Below are positions 1 to 11,887 of a stretch of 64,000 bases of DNA, one piece after another. How positions within the stretch are numbered: position 1 is the stretch's first letter; the number at the start of each line of letters is the position of its first letter. This stretch comes from Octopus sinensis (Eukaryota). The notes under the pieces are model-generated. The model worked only from the letters and a program-made list of their open reading frames with translations. It had not been told where the DNA came from and ran no database searches. Both the position numbers and the translations under genes were made by a program. Location of the stretch: positions 140,740,001 to 140,804,000 of the forward strand of contig NC_042999.1 of assembly GCF_006345805.1 (NCBI RefSeq), written 5' to 3'.

Positions 1-1885
1 CATGCCATAGCAAGTTCAAAGGATATTGTATTTTGCACACCCACATACACTAACATATACACACACTGACACAAATATGCACACCAATGCAGAAACACAA
101 TTACACTCACTTGCACACACGCACCCACCACCCAAGCTCTCTAGTACCATTCACAACTAAGTTATCTGAGAACAGTACTGTCAAGTTTACTGTGACGCAA
201 GCATTTCAGTTTTGTGATACTGGTCAAATATATTTACTTCTGTCTCCATGACAATATCAGAAATGGAATGGGGAACGGATATGAGGGCGTGGTAAGGAAG
301 AGTGATAATCGATACAAGACACACTCAGGCATTATTATTATTACTACTACTACTACTATCCTCATTACTAGTACTATCAATTTAATAGTAGGACAACTGT
401 TACTATTAATATTTTTATTACTACATTTACTGTTGTGTCTTACTAGTATGAGTATTATTATTGATATGAGAATAACAGCAAGTGAATTCTTTATTGTTCT
501 GCTTCACCATTTGTCTAATTTATGTAACAACCACAGAAACCACAGAAATTTCATTCACAAAACCTATCAAGGCTTTTGGACAGCCTTTTTTACAATTAGA
601 ATCAATCATCTTGGTTTTTAAAAGCTAATAAAACAGAAAAGAATTTAAAACCACATCAAATCGCTATCAGTCATATCAACATTTATTTACATCATATTAT
701 ATACAACCATTACTTTTAAAATTTATTATTAAAATTGCTGGTTTTGTTGTGGGTGAGAAAGACAAACTTCTTGAGGTGATCATAAGTAATGATAAAGGTC
801 AACCTAACAGTCTACTCCAGAGGACATCCAGCCTGAAGACTATGAACAAATTACAGACATCCTTAGCTTGGCAGTACTGGGTAAATTTTTGTTCAAGATA
901 ATCTCTGACTATGTCTTTTCTCTCTTTTCAGTTAGGGTAGGCATGTATATCCTATACAGCTTGTTCCTGTCGCCTTGTCATATTTTAATCTTTCAAAACC
1001 TGGCTTAAAGCCACTTTCCTCAATACAATACCTCATTCAGTCTAGGGGTTTTGTCTTGTGAGTTACTTGGTGACCACACTAATGCAGGTGTGATAAAAAA
1101 AACCCACCTTGTACGTTGTGTAAAGTTACTGTGTTAGGAAGGGCATCTACCCTTCCTAACCACCCCATGTCTCAAAGCACACACATAAATAATAGCATAT
1201 AAATTTTGGGTTTCAAAAGCCCTTGTAGATAGAAAAAGCTGAAGGCAGCCTTCAGATTTATATATATATATTATATATATAAGAAGAAATAAGGTACTCA
1301 GAAATCTGGATGGTTTTACATTTACAGATTTTTATTACTATGTCACATGTTTTTATAAATCATATATTAGCACTTGCATCTACTCTAGTAGAATCTCCAG
1401 ATTTTAATTTGTTTGAGAGGATTCGTCTCTTTTTATAGTATTATTGAGTGTGTAGGGGTGGAGAGATATATAGGGTAGTAAAAGAGGGTGAGGAATGGGG
1501 AGAAAGAGAGAGAGAGAGAGAGTGTGTGTGTCTGTGTATCTGAAAGAAGTGTCAATGGAAAAGAGAAGGAAAGAAAGAAGAAAGAAGAAAAAAATGTGTT
1601 TACATCGTTAGAGCTGGTTAGTTCTTTCAATAGAAAGTGATGATTTGATTCTTGGCCTTTAAAAATGGCAAAACCAGGTGGCTACTTTAAGGTCTTGATA
1701 AAAGTTATTTTTCAAAAAATTGTCTGGATTTATTATCATCGTCATCATCATTGTCCAGTGAGAGAGAGTTTTTTTTTTTGGGGGGGTGTGTGGGTGTGTA
1801 TGTGTGCGTGTATCTGAATATATATATATATATATATATCTGTGTGTGTATGTGTTTATCATCATCATTTATATATATGTATACT

Positions 1886-1918
<33 letters not shown>

Positions 1919-2137
1919 CTTTGTGCCTGTGCTTGTACTCCATCACTGCTTGGCAACTGTTTACATCCCTGTAACTTAATGGTTTGAGAAAAGAGACCAA
2001 CAGAAGAAGCACCAGGCTTAAAAAATAAATCCTGAGGTTGATTTGTTTGACTAAAACCCTTCATGGTGGTGCTCCAGCATGACTGCAGTCAAATGAATGA
2101 AACAAGTAAAAGAATATACACACACACACATATATAT

Positions 2138-2470
2138 ATCATCATCATCATTTAACATCCGTGTTCCATGCTAGCATGGGTGGGACGGTACCACAAGAGT
2201 TGGCTAGGCTGAAGCCTGTACCAGACTTCTGTGACTGTTTTGACAGGATTTTAACAGCTGGATGCCCTTCCTAACACCAACCACTCATCAGAGTAGACTT
2301 AGTGCTTTTTCTGTGGCACAAGCACAGGTAAGGTGAGTAGTGCATTTTACATGGCACATGCACAGGCAAGGTCAGTTTTGGCAAGGATTTTACAGCTGGA
2401 TACCCTTCTGAACACCAACCACTTTACAGTGTGGACTGGGTGCTTTTAAGTGGCACCTGCACTGACAGAG
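2138..2470 (-). mobile_element. RTE-LINE-type 3' tail / SINE with (ATG)n end
   Basis: catcatcatttaacatccgtgttccatgctagcatggg...ctggatgcccttcctaacaccaaccact; the same tail is attached to the RTE ORF at 44922-47812. Confidence 0.7.
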
Positions 2471-2734
2471 TCACCAAGTACTTGCAAGACAAAAACTTTT
2501 AAGGGGGGGATAGGCATTGGAGGAGGTGATGATTATAGTGAGACAGATATAGGTATCTTGCTGAAGAGTAAGTACAAGTTTACCTGGCCGGAGAGAGAAA
2601 GATCAGGAATAAAAACAGAAACAGGTGTGCTACTGCAAAGAAAATACATGGTTGCCCAGCCTGAGGGAAGTGCAGAAGAAAGAGAGTGGGAGACTGCAGG
2701 GCCTCACGTAGGCGAGGTGACTGAGTTCCTTTGA

Positions 2735-3048
2735 ACATTGGGTCTCAAAGAGACAAAGTGGCTGAGCTCCTTTCGAGTGTTGGATCTCATAAGGGCAATG
2801 ACCAAGACCTTTGGCATTATGTCATGCTTGAGAAGACCCATCAAGCCGAGCAAAATCGCAGTCATGGTAGACACCAGTGTCACGCAAATGGCACCCATAC
2901 CGGTGGAACGTTAAAGCATTCATTACACTCTCAGAGTGTTAGCGTTAGGAAGGGCATCCAACTGTAGAAAACCATGCCAAATCAGTCTGAATCCTGACAC
3001 AGCCTTCCAGCATGCCAGCATGGACAACAGACGTTAAATGACGATGAC
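2735..3048 (+). mobile_element. RTE-type 3' tail / SINE, inverted relative to 2138-2470
   Basis: ttaggaagggcatccaactgtagaaa...catgccagcatggacaacagacgttaaatgacgatgacg. Further copies lie near 12545-12775(+), 13830-14160(-), 27955-28072(+), 37025-37295(+), 48850-49015(+), 56230-56620(-), 61580-61790(-) and 62585-62765(-). Confidence 0.7.
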
Positions 3049-3049
3049 G

Positions 3050-3186
3050 ATATATATATATATATATAGACACACACCTACATATATATATATAGAGAGA
3101 GAGAGAGACACACACCTACATATATATATATATATACATACACACACACACCTACATATATATATATATATATACACACACACACC

Positions 3187-3229
<43 letters not shown>

Positions 3230-3230
3230 C

Positions 3231-3268
<38 letters not shown>
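3050..3268. repeat. Compound microsatellite-derived minisatellite [(TA)n(CA)n CCTACA]
   Basis: Five cacacacctacatatata units separated by variable TA runs. Confidence 0.9.
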
Positions 3269-3270
<2 letters not shown>

Positions 3271-3810
3271 GATAAAAATGATGATGATAGTTTTCATGAC
3301 AATTGTTATCTGTGACACATGTAGTAATGAAGTGATGTCAACAGTGCTAGTAATGATGGCGTTGCTGTTATTGAGGATGTTGTTTGTGATGACAATGACA
3401 AAGAAAACAATAGAAATGTCATCAAATGAAATTATTAAAAATAGGAGAGAGAGAGAGCTAAAAGATAAACAAGTGCCAGTTTGATCAGATGGTCAAATCC
3501 ATATATAAGATATATTCTGATTAAATGCATAAGAAAATAATTTAACAAGAATTTTAATCTTTATTTTGCATGAATGAATGAAGACTTACATTATTGAATA
3601 AACAGAATAGATGAAAGCAGGAAATACATTGTAAAGCTATGAAGTCCATTGGAGCCAGAACCTGACAAGCTAGATGGTTGTAAAAAAATAACAAATGAAC
3701 AGGGAGGAGAATATGGGGAAGTAGGTGAGAAGAAATATTGGTAGAAAGTTTTTTTGCTGAAGAAAGAGGTTTCCTTTATCAGTTTTCTTTTTCTCTCGAT
3801 TTATTTCAAA

Positions 3811-3841
<31 letters not shown>

Positions 3842-3842
<1 letters not shown>

Positions 3843-4272
3843 AGGTGGTGAGTGGGCAGAATTATTAACATGCCGAGCAAAATGCTTATTAGTATTTAGC
3901 CTGTCACTAAGTTCTGAGTTCAAATTCTACCAAGGTCGACTTTGCCTTTCATCCTTTCAGGGTCGATAAAATAAGTACCAGTTGAACACTGGGGGTGATG
4001 TAATTGACTCATCCCCACCTCCCTCAAGCTGCCCTTGAGGCAAAAATTTGAAATAATAATAATAATTATTATTATATAAGGTAGTGAACTGGCAGAATTG
4101 TTAGCATGCTGGATGAAGTGCTTAGTGGTATTTTGCTCATCTGAGTTCAAGTTCCGCTAAGGTCGACTTTGCCTTTCATCCTTTAGGGGTTGATAAATTA
4201 AGTACCAGTGAAACACTGGGTCGATGTAATCAAATAGTCCCCTCCCCCAAAATTCCAGGCCTCATGCCTATA
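3842..4272 (+). mobile_element. Two tandem copies of a tRNA-derived SINE next to (TTA)n/(TAA)n
   Basis: aaggtggtgag(c)tggcagaa...ttctgagttcaaattc...gtcgactttgcctttcatcc...gataaa..aagtaccag at 3842-4050 and 4078-4272, with A-box-like TGGCAGAA and B-box-like GTTCAAATTC. Same family at 7043-7258 and 7279-7490 (+), and 29546-29760, 59776-59995 and 60010-60230 (-). Confidence 0.8.
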
Positions 4273-4472
4273 GTACAGTGGTTCCCAATCCTTTCACTAT
4301 CAAAGACCCCTTTTAATATGCTTATCCTTACACACATACACACACATATTAGAAGTAAATAGACACCCCATAAAACATCGTTTTCTGTTTATTCTAACTT
4401 GTAAAGGTTTATATTTCTTTTTAATTGACATTTTTATGTTTCAGATTCTATATGTGACTGTTTAATCATACC

Positions 4473-5140
4473 ATGTACAAAAGAAGCTTTGGAACTGCCT
4501 GAATTTCAAAGAGGCCATATTGTGGGTCAATTTGAAGGTGGATATAGTCAGTATAAAATCGCAGAAAACCTTGGGATCTCGCTTTCTACAGTTAATAGAG
4601 TGATTGTGTAATTCACAAGAGAGAGGAAGGAGTTCACATCACCTTGTCCAGATCAACCAGATACCTCTGACAGGACCCTTCTCTTTGCTAAGAGAAGTGT
4701 GGAGGATAATCATCATTGCAAGATTTCTGACATAGCAAAGCAAGTTGATGCTGGTCCCAAAACAGCTGTCAGGTATCTCCACAAACTCGGTTACTATGAC
4801 AGAGCAGGAAGAAGGAAGTCACATCTTTGACCAGCCAATATGAAGTAGAGAAAAGATTGGGTCAGTGAGATGGTGGAGAGGCCATCAGCATTTTGGGACA
4901 CTATTATATTCTCTGATGAGTCCAGATTTGCTGTATTTCCTAACAGTGGTCGAGTGTGGGTCTGGAGACTCTGTGATCAAGAATTTGATGCGAAAAGATT
5001 GCAAACAGCAATGAAACACAGCAGTTATTCTGTGATGGTCTGGGGAAAAACTTGGAGCAATGATTGATCAGAGCTGGCTGAGTGTGAGGAAAAGATAAAC
5101 TCAAATAAATGTGTCCATATTGCAGAAAGGACTCCTTCCA
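4473..5140 (+). pseudogene. Tc1-like transposase remnant
   Basis: Reads [12 protein letters not shown]...[14 protein letters not shown] (HTH), then WDTIIFSDESRF and RVWVWR...SVMVWG (first catalytic D motif), with several in-frame stops. Confidence 0.85.
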
Positions 5141-5149
5141 GTTTACACT

Positions 5150-7000
5150 GTTTTTTGTCTTCTTTAATCATATCTAGCCTTCTGGCTTCAATAGTATGGT
5201 CAGTCTAGTCTTTATGGAGAAATCCTATAAAATACTATAATTATTATTCTCTCTCACAGCTCCCTAGCTCATGTTCATATCCCTTTTCTACTACTTTGAA
5301 TCCATACATCTGGCTAAAATTCTAATGTACTCTTTTACTGATATAAATACACCCGAGTTCATACTCCTTTTGTGTTAGCTTACATTCACTTAAGAGATGA
5401 TTAATACTTTCATCTCCTTTCCAACAGATTCTGCAATTGCTCTAAGTTTTATCAATCTTTGCCTTAGTTAAATTGTTCTAATGATTTGTTCCTGAGTAGC
5501 TATTATTTTTTATTTGGTTTCTTGCTTCAGGTTTCAATCTGTCAGCTGCAACCAGCATTCTCTAGTTGTAACATCCTTGGTTTGTTGCATGAACAGGTCA
5601 GGAAAGAGAATTCTTTCTCTTTCTGGCTATTTGTCCAGTTGTTCTTCCTTTTTGACTTATCCTACTGTTTCAGTAACTTTTTAGATATTTCTTGCTACTG
5701 ATAATATTCTTTCTTTACTATGTACAACATAGTTTTCAAATACAATATTGCATCATTGATGGCATCTTCTGTGTTTAACAATCCTCAGCCATCTTTTCTT
5801 GGTAGGTAAAGCTTGCCAACATTACTTTTAGAGTGGTGGACATTGTGAGCAGCTTCCTAATTCTTCTAATACCTGTAGCTCTGTCTGTTTTAGAAAAGAA
5901 ACATATTCATTATTCAACTTTACTCAGAATTGGTCTTATTTCTGGTGGAATTTATATGGGTAGTAGGATACTACCTATAACCTCAGACATTTATGATTTC
6001 AAGAAGCCACTGAGTGCTCAAAACCCTTCTGATGATCTTTCCTAAGAGGCAAATGTTCTGTAGGAGTTCTACATGACATTCCATTTTAATCTTTTATATC
6101 CATTTGTCTATGTCATCACTCACAATCTCTAAAGCACCAATTACCACAGATACAACCTTTACAGATTTTATGTTCCACATCTTTGCAATCTCAAATTTTA
6201 AGGGGTTGTATTTTTTCAACTTTTCATCTGCGTTCTTCACAATGATGCAAATTCATGTCCATTTAAATAAGAAGATTCAATTTTCCTTGTCTATTATTGT
6301 AATATCTGGTTTCTTATGTTCTATTTTCTTATTCATTTGAACTGGCAAATCTCACAAAATCTAGCATGTTTCCAACTCAAATACTCATTCTACCTGATGA
6401 TTGTACCATGTACTTCCTGCTTCAAATCCCCATTTCTGACAAAGCTTCCTCTGTACTTGATCGTATCTCCATTTCTTATATTTTTTCTAGGTCAACTTGG
6501 GGTATTTTGCAACAATATATACATTGTTTCATCTAAAATTCCACATACTCAACATATTGCTGATACCTTCTCCCTATACACATATTTTCTCAAGCTGTTA
6601 GTTTTTAGCATTTGAGCTTGAGCAGCTATAATAAGGCTTTCTGCTTCCTTTTTCAATTACCCCTTTTTTAACGAATCTCAGGATTTTCTTCCACATACAT
6701 CCTCAGTGGTTTTCCAAAATTGACCATGCAAAGTTTTCTCATCAACTTGTTTAACATGTTCTCTTTGAATTTCATTCTTGTCTTTTTCCAGTCTTGATCA
6801 CATGTTCTTTATTCACTACCTTTAGTAACTTTCCTGTGTTGTTCTGTAAATAATCTAAGAAGTTGTTTCATTCTATCTGCATACACTCTTCCACATCAAG
6901 TAAACTCTTCCTTGGCCTCTCTTAACAGCTGGTTAACATCAGTTTTTGAAGAGTGGGCTCCATACATAGTTTTACTGTCAAGTTTCTGCATTTTGACTTT
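5150..7000 (-). mobile_element. Degenerate R4/Dong-like (RLE) non-LTR retrotransposon fragments
   Basis: Minus strand gives KSNVGKLYLPRKDG*GL near 5780-5830 (RLYLPRxxGGRGL motif) and VVIGAL near 6130-6150; many stops. Confidence 0.65.
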
Positions 7001-7517
7001 TTTAAATAATAATAATAATAATTATTATTATTATTATTATTTAAAGCAGTGAGTTGGCAAAATTGTTAGCACACTGGATGAAATGATAAGTGGTATTTTG
7101 CTTGTCACTATGTTCTGAGTTCAAGTTCTGCTGGGGGCGACTCTGCCTTTCATCTTTGCGGGGTCGATTAAATCAGTTACACACTAGAGTCGATGTAATC
7201 GACTTAATCTCCTTGTTTGTCTCCTCTATGTTTAACCCCCTGTAGGCAATAAAGAAATAATAATTAATATTATTATTCAAGGTGGTGAGCAGCAGAATCA
7301 TTAGCACACTGGATGAAATGCTTAGTGGTGTCTTGCCTGTCACTATGTTCTGAGTTCAAATTCCGCTGGGGGCGAATTTGCCTTTCATCCATTTGGGGTT
7401 GATAAATTAAGTACCAGTGTTTCACTGGGGTTGATGTAACTGACTAGTCTCCTCCCACAAAATTTCAGGCCTTGTGCTTTTAGTAGAAAGGATTATTTTA
7501 ATTATTATTATTACTAT

Positions 7518-10490
7518 TCAACATCTGGTAGTTTCAGGCAAATTTCTATTCCATCACCTGCTACACCTCCATGTTGCTGGGATGTGTACAGCATTGTGTG
7601 TTCTGTTTTGTTGTTGGGGAAGTGCAAACTCTTCCTGGTATTGTATTGCATCAGTTTGTTTTGTTATGGGGTCTGGTTGCAGTCTTTTGTTGTATTAGTG
7701 TTTGTACTCTGGGTTGTGTGTGTAATGCAAGTTATGTTCTTCTGTCGGGTATCCAGCCTGTAGAGTACATGTTATGGTGATTGTTTATTTAATTGGGTAT
7801 TTGCTATATAGAGTGTCTTGTGTTTATGGATTGTTTTGTTTGGGTTGTATTCTTGAACTGATAATGCCTTGTGCAGTGTGTGGGCTGTGCTTAGCAGGGC
7901 TTTTTTCTAGATAGTGTGTAGTGTTGAGGGTCCAGGTATAACTTTTACATTTCTGTTCATATGTTTTTTGTCATACTCAATACTCTGCTTGTTACAGGTA
8001 TTGTCTTCACCTTCATAATCCATATCTTGAATACTTCAGTTTCAAGGTCTTTGTACTTTGATAATTTCTCTACTTCTTTGGGGGCAATATTTTTGTCAGA
8101 AGGGACTGCAATGTCTATCAGTAAGCAATTGTTTCCCCCCACCCCCACCAATCCTTGATTATTAAGACTGGGAATTAGCTTTATTTCTTTGTCAGTTTGA
8201 ACAGGCATATCCCAGATGACTGTGGCCTGGTTTTTGTCATGTACCTTGTTTGACACATGCTTATACTATTTCTTGTTAGTTTTTATGTTGTAGTGTTGGC
8301 ATATTTTCCAGTGGATATATAACTACTTATTTGGTCATGACTGTATATATATATTCATATATAGGAAAAAAAGCAACAAGAATGGATTAAAATCTCGGTA
8401 CGATCGTTTCGTACGAGGACATCTTTAATAAGCTACAAAAAATGCAGTGAATACAGATGGCTCGTACTCGTCAGCCGAAAAAATATCAGAGAATTCCCAA
8501 ACATCAAAAGGGGTAGATACAAAAGAGGTTGTAAGATTAACTGCATTGAAGAAAGTTTGATTCATGGAGATCCGATGAAAGGTTTTAAACCTATAGAATT
8601 TATGCATGTCTACATATAGCTCATATTGAATATTTGATCAAGTTGTATGAAGAAATTTTCGGATACAGTCATGCAAAATTTCTGAAAATCCGAGTAAGAG
8701 GCAAAGTGACTGCCACATCATGTAGAGAAAAGTCTGAGTAAAAACATAGTGACTGTCATATCGTGTAGAGGAACAGATTGTTATTGAAATTTACAAGAAT
8801 CGCAGATAAGTTCGATTTTTTGGAGATCCGATGAAAAAGTCTTGAACTTACAAAATTTGTGTATGTCCTTATAGTTCGTAATCCAGTTTTGTGGAGAGAT
8901 TTAGGGTACAATCATGCGAAAATATCAGGGAGTCCGAATGAGAAGCAAAAATGACAGTCTTATATTGTAGTGGTTCAGGTAGTTAATGAAATATTCAAGA
9001 ATCACAGAAAGAGGAGGAAGGGGGTAGGAATTTAATCAGTTACTGCTATTTAAGCTGTCAAAGAGAAAGGAAAGGGGAAGCTAAGGGGATGGGCACAATT
9101 TGATACTAACAAAAAAGTCTAAGTTTGTTTGGAACAAATTCGAACTGAGGTCAACAATTTATTTCTTTATTTATAAATGTTACTATTAATAGATTGTCAG
9201 GTTACAAAGAGGTCATTAGAAAGGAAAGAAAAATGGGGTTGTTTTTAAATGAAATTAAACTATTATATTATTATTATACTAAACTATAATACATACATAA
9301 TGTTATTAAATGAAATTATACTAAACTATAATACACTACACTATATTATATTAAATTATTTTGATATATTATATCACATCACAATACACTACGATAGGTC
9401 TGGTATTAGCAGAATTAATTTTTAAAAGTTTAAAAAAATATATTCATATATATATATATTCAGATTTGACAAGAACTGGACAACTAGACGTGATGTGGTC
9501 AACTGTCTCATTGTGCTAGTTGCACATTCTACATTTGGTGTTAGGGCTTGTTTTCGTTAGTTGTTTTTATAGTTGTTTGTGGTCAGGCATTAGTTTTGTG
9601 CAGCAAGAATCAGTTTTTCCATTTCAGCTTTTAGTCCAAAGCTTTTGAATCATTGTTGGCTTTTACTTAGGTTCAGCTCTTCTCTGTCAAACCATGCAGA
9701 GTATTGGCCATGGAGTGACTTTTTCTTTTCATTTCTTCTTTAGTATGTTTTGTAGTTCACTTTTTGTGTTTTGTCTCTTTAACCATATGTTGTCATCTGA
9801 GATCAGTGTATCAGTGTAGTTTGTTTTTGTTTTGTATTTTGTTGCCTCCTTGTGTATAGAGAAAAGCATTTCATTTTTCTCATGTTGTCTTATTGCATGT
9901 AGTAATCTTCCACTTTCTGTTTCTAAATGCTTTTCTAGTCCAACTGTTGTTATTTTATAATAATCCTCTATCTGTGTCTGACTGTGCCCTCCTCCTAAGC
10001 AGGGTAGATATATTCTGTGTGTGTCTGCTTTGGGGTGGTGACTTCAGTATGCTACTAACAGTTTTCTGGTTCTTCTAAATTTCTCAATTCACCGATCTTC
10101 CAGTTTATTATGTTGAAGATGTAATTTTTGACAGGTGTGGCTAGTATGTTTAACCTTATTATCTTATTTTTAACATTGAGTTCAGCGTTTAATATTAGTC
10201 TAACACTTCTGTAATATTCTCTCCTAATTTTCTCTTTCATTTTTGTGTGTTGTATTTTAGCTATTTTGTCTATTCCTAGATATTTGTATGGGCGATTATG
10301 GGCTAATTCTCTGATTTCTATGTCAAGTGCAGTGTTTTCAGTGCTGAATTATTTGCCCCTTCTCAGTGTCATTTTGTCACATTTGCCCAGCCCCATATTC
10401 ATCCTGATGTCCTTGCTGAAACTATGGACAATTTTTAAAAGGTTTTTCTGTTCCATGGTGCTTTTAGTGAAAATTTTTAAGTCATCGTCA
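7518..10490 (-). mobile_element. R4/Dong-like LINE (RT C-terminus, CCHC knuckle, RLE nuclease) split by an insertion at about 8343-9460
   Basis: Contains EKIRREYYRSVRLILNAELN (ORF 10055-10240), CRMCN*HNETVDHITSSCP (about 9480-9535), HWKICQHY after the insert, and IWDMPVQTD...LLIDIAVPSDKN...EKLSKYKDL (ORF 7957-8256). The 3' end abuts (TAA)n near 7500. Confidence 0.85.
8343..9460. mobile_element. About 1.1-kb insertion (Penelope- or Helitron-like, unclassified) nested in the LINE
   Basis: The LINE sequence is interrupted at a TA run, with atatattcatatata on both sides. It contains an internal diverged duplication of about 255 nt (ggagatccgatgaaa at about 8566 and 8822). Confidence 0.65.
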
Positions 10491-10509
10491 TCATCATCAT
10501 TAATATTGT

Positions 10510-10990
10510 TGTTTTGATTCTCGCTGTTCTATTTACAGTTGTTCTTTACTTGAAAGTAGGCAATAACAAATCACCAAAGGTTTCAAGTAGTGCCTTCTCC
10601 TGTGACTCAGAGACAATATTCACCTTAGAATGCAAGCTGGACCCAACAATGCTGTCTTCTGGATCACTTCAAGCCTAACAGTAGCTCCAATATTCTTAAT
10701 ATGTTTTTCAAAGCTCTTGGAAACTGCTCCCAATGCTCCAATTACCACCGGTATCACCATTACTTTCCTCATGCCCCATAACTTTCCTATCTCATCCTGC
10801 AGTGGCTGGTATTACTCACTCTTTTCTGTTTCCTTACATTTCACTCTTGAATCACCTGGTATTGCAACATCTATTATCTTTGCTTCTTTTTCATCTTTAT
10901 GGATGATCACGATATCTGGCTGGCTTGCCTTTATACCTTGGTTGCACTGTATATTAAAATCCCAGAGTATTTTGTAATGAACATTTTCCA
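10510..10990 (-). mobile_element. R4/Dong-like LINE 3' fragment (RLE nuclease)
   Basis: Minus strand ILWDFNIQ...QPDIVII...IIDVAIPGD...VIPVVIGALGAV...IQKTALLG. Confidence 0.85.
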
Positions 10991-11756
10991 TTATTCATAC
11001 CACACAGTCAACTAATTTGGGAATACATATCTGTCATTTCTTACTCCACCTTCATACATACATACAGCCATTCCCTCTTTCTCTCCCTCAATAATTCTTC
11101 CTGTTTTAGGTTAATTACATACCCATACTATTTTCCAATCACATTAAGTCTCCTATACTTATTCACATACACACACAAATAGTCTAAACATTTTGAAGGA
11201 GAGAGGAAGAGACTGACTCTCTCACCCACTTTCTTCTCCAGAAGAAGCAACTGAAACCACTGTTTATATATGAATCATCTCTCTTGCCAAATAAATATTT
11301 AAGTTGATCTGTTAATATCGAAGTTGTTGATGGATGAATTGAACACCAAGAAAACAGATTTTCAGTTGCCTTAATGTTTTAAAATTGGTCTTATTATTAT
11401 TAAGAATACTTCTAGCACTATTACTGAAACTATTGTTACTTTTTTTATTTATTTCCTTTTGTTAACATCCACCATTATGCTTTAGTGCAACCTAACAACT
11501 TTGCAGTTTTCCTTAATATCTCCTGAAATTGCAATTGAAACAAAAATCCCACAGGAATAAAATACATGAAACAGGGGTGGGGTGGTAATATAAAACATAT
11601 ACCAAAAAACAACAAAAAAACCTAGAAAGATACAAAAAAAAACATAGCAAATGAAGACTATGATGATTAAGATGAAAAGAGAGAGAGAGAAAAAAATGGA
11701 TTTTATTTTGTGCTCTATAATAAATAAATATAGAAAAGATCAGGAATAAAAACTCA

Positions 11757-11762
11757 ACTTAC
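11757..11762 (-). promoter_or_regulatory. U2-type 5' splice donor (phase 0)
   Basis: CTG|GTAAGT on the minus strand directly after the last complete codon of the Cav1 exon. Confidence 0.9.
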
Positions 11763-11868
11763 CAGTGCCATATTGATTTCGTTGGTGTCTGATTCAGGAT
11801 ATGGTGTATATATTGCCAATGCTACACAATTTGCAAAGATGGTCATGAGAATAAGAGCTTCAAAAGCT
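11763..11868 (-). CDS. Cav1: Internal coding exon of an L-type voltage-gated calcium channel alpha-1 subunit (domain I S1 and S1-S2 loop; equivalent to exon 3 of human CACNA1C)
   Basis: Minus strand reads A GCT TTT GAA GCT CTT ATT CTC ATG ACC ATC TTT GCA AAT TGT GTA GCA TTG GCA ATA TAT ACA CCA TAT CCT GAA TCA GAC ACC AAC GAA ATC AAT ATG GCA CTG = (K)[35 protein letters not shown]. This fits the Cav1 IS1 signature FExLILxTIFANCxALAxYTPxP, whereas Cav2 has TIIANCIVLALEQHLP. Length is 106 nt (1 nt + 35 codons), bounded by an AC acceptor and a GTAAGT donor. Confidence 0.95.
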
Positions 11869-11887
11869 GTAGCAAAGAGTTAAGGAA
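11869..11887 (-). promoter_or_regulatory. U12-type (minor spliceosome) branch point and AC 3' splice site
   Basis: Minus strand TTCCTTAAC (11887-11879), then TCTTTGCTAC (11878-11869), then the exon. Perfect U12 branch consensus with short spacing to AC and no extended polypyrimidine tract. Cav channel genes are known to carry an AT-AC intron just before IS1. Confidence 0.9.

Noticed and set aside
18-26. Perfect U12 donor ATATCCTTT on the minus strand (similar words at 21755-21763 and 27304-27311)
   Set aside because: No Cav1-like reading frame precedes them (stops close upstream at 18-26 and 27304; the 21755 word lies inside the maT transposon), and such words are expected by chance in AT-rich DNA.
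214-621. 135-aa ORF
   Set aside because: Low-complexity (TTA/CTA)n-driven sequence, non-ATG start and no recognisable domain.
3034-3484. YI/HT-rich ORFs here and at other TA/CA tracts
   Set aside because: Microsatellite translations.
1-11756. Next Cav1 exon (IS2-IS3, roughly EYxFLxIFTxE...YLRNGWN)
   Set aside because: Not found by eye on the minus strand; it presumably lies beyond the left edge of the window.
11795-11802. ATATCCTG inside the Cav1 exon as a cryptic U12 donor
   Set aside because: Explained by the codons for the conserved Pro-Tyr-Pro, and it is an imperfect match.
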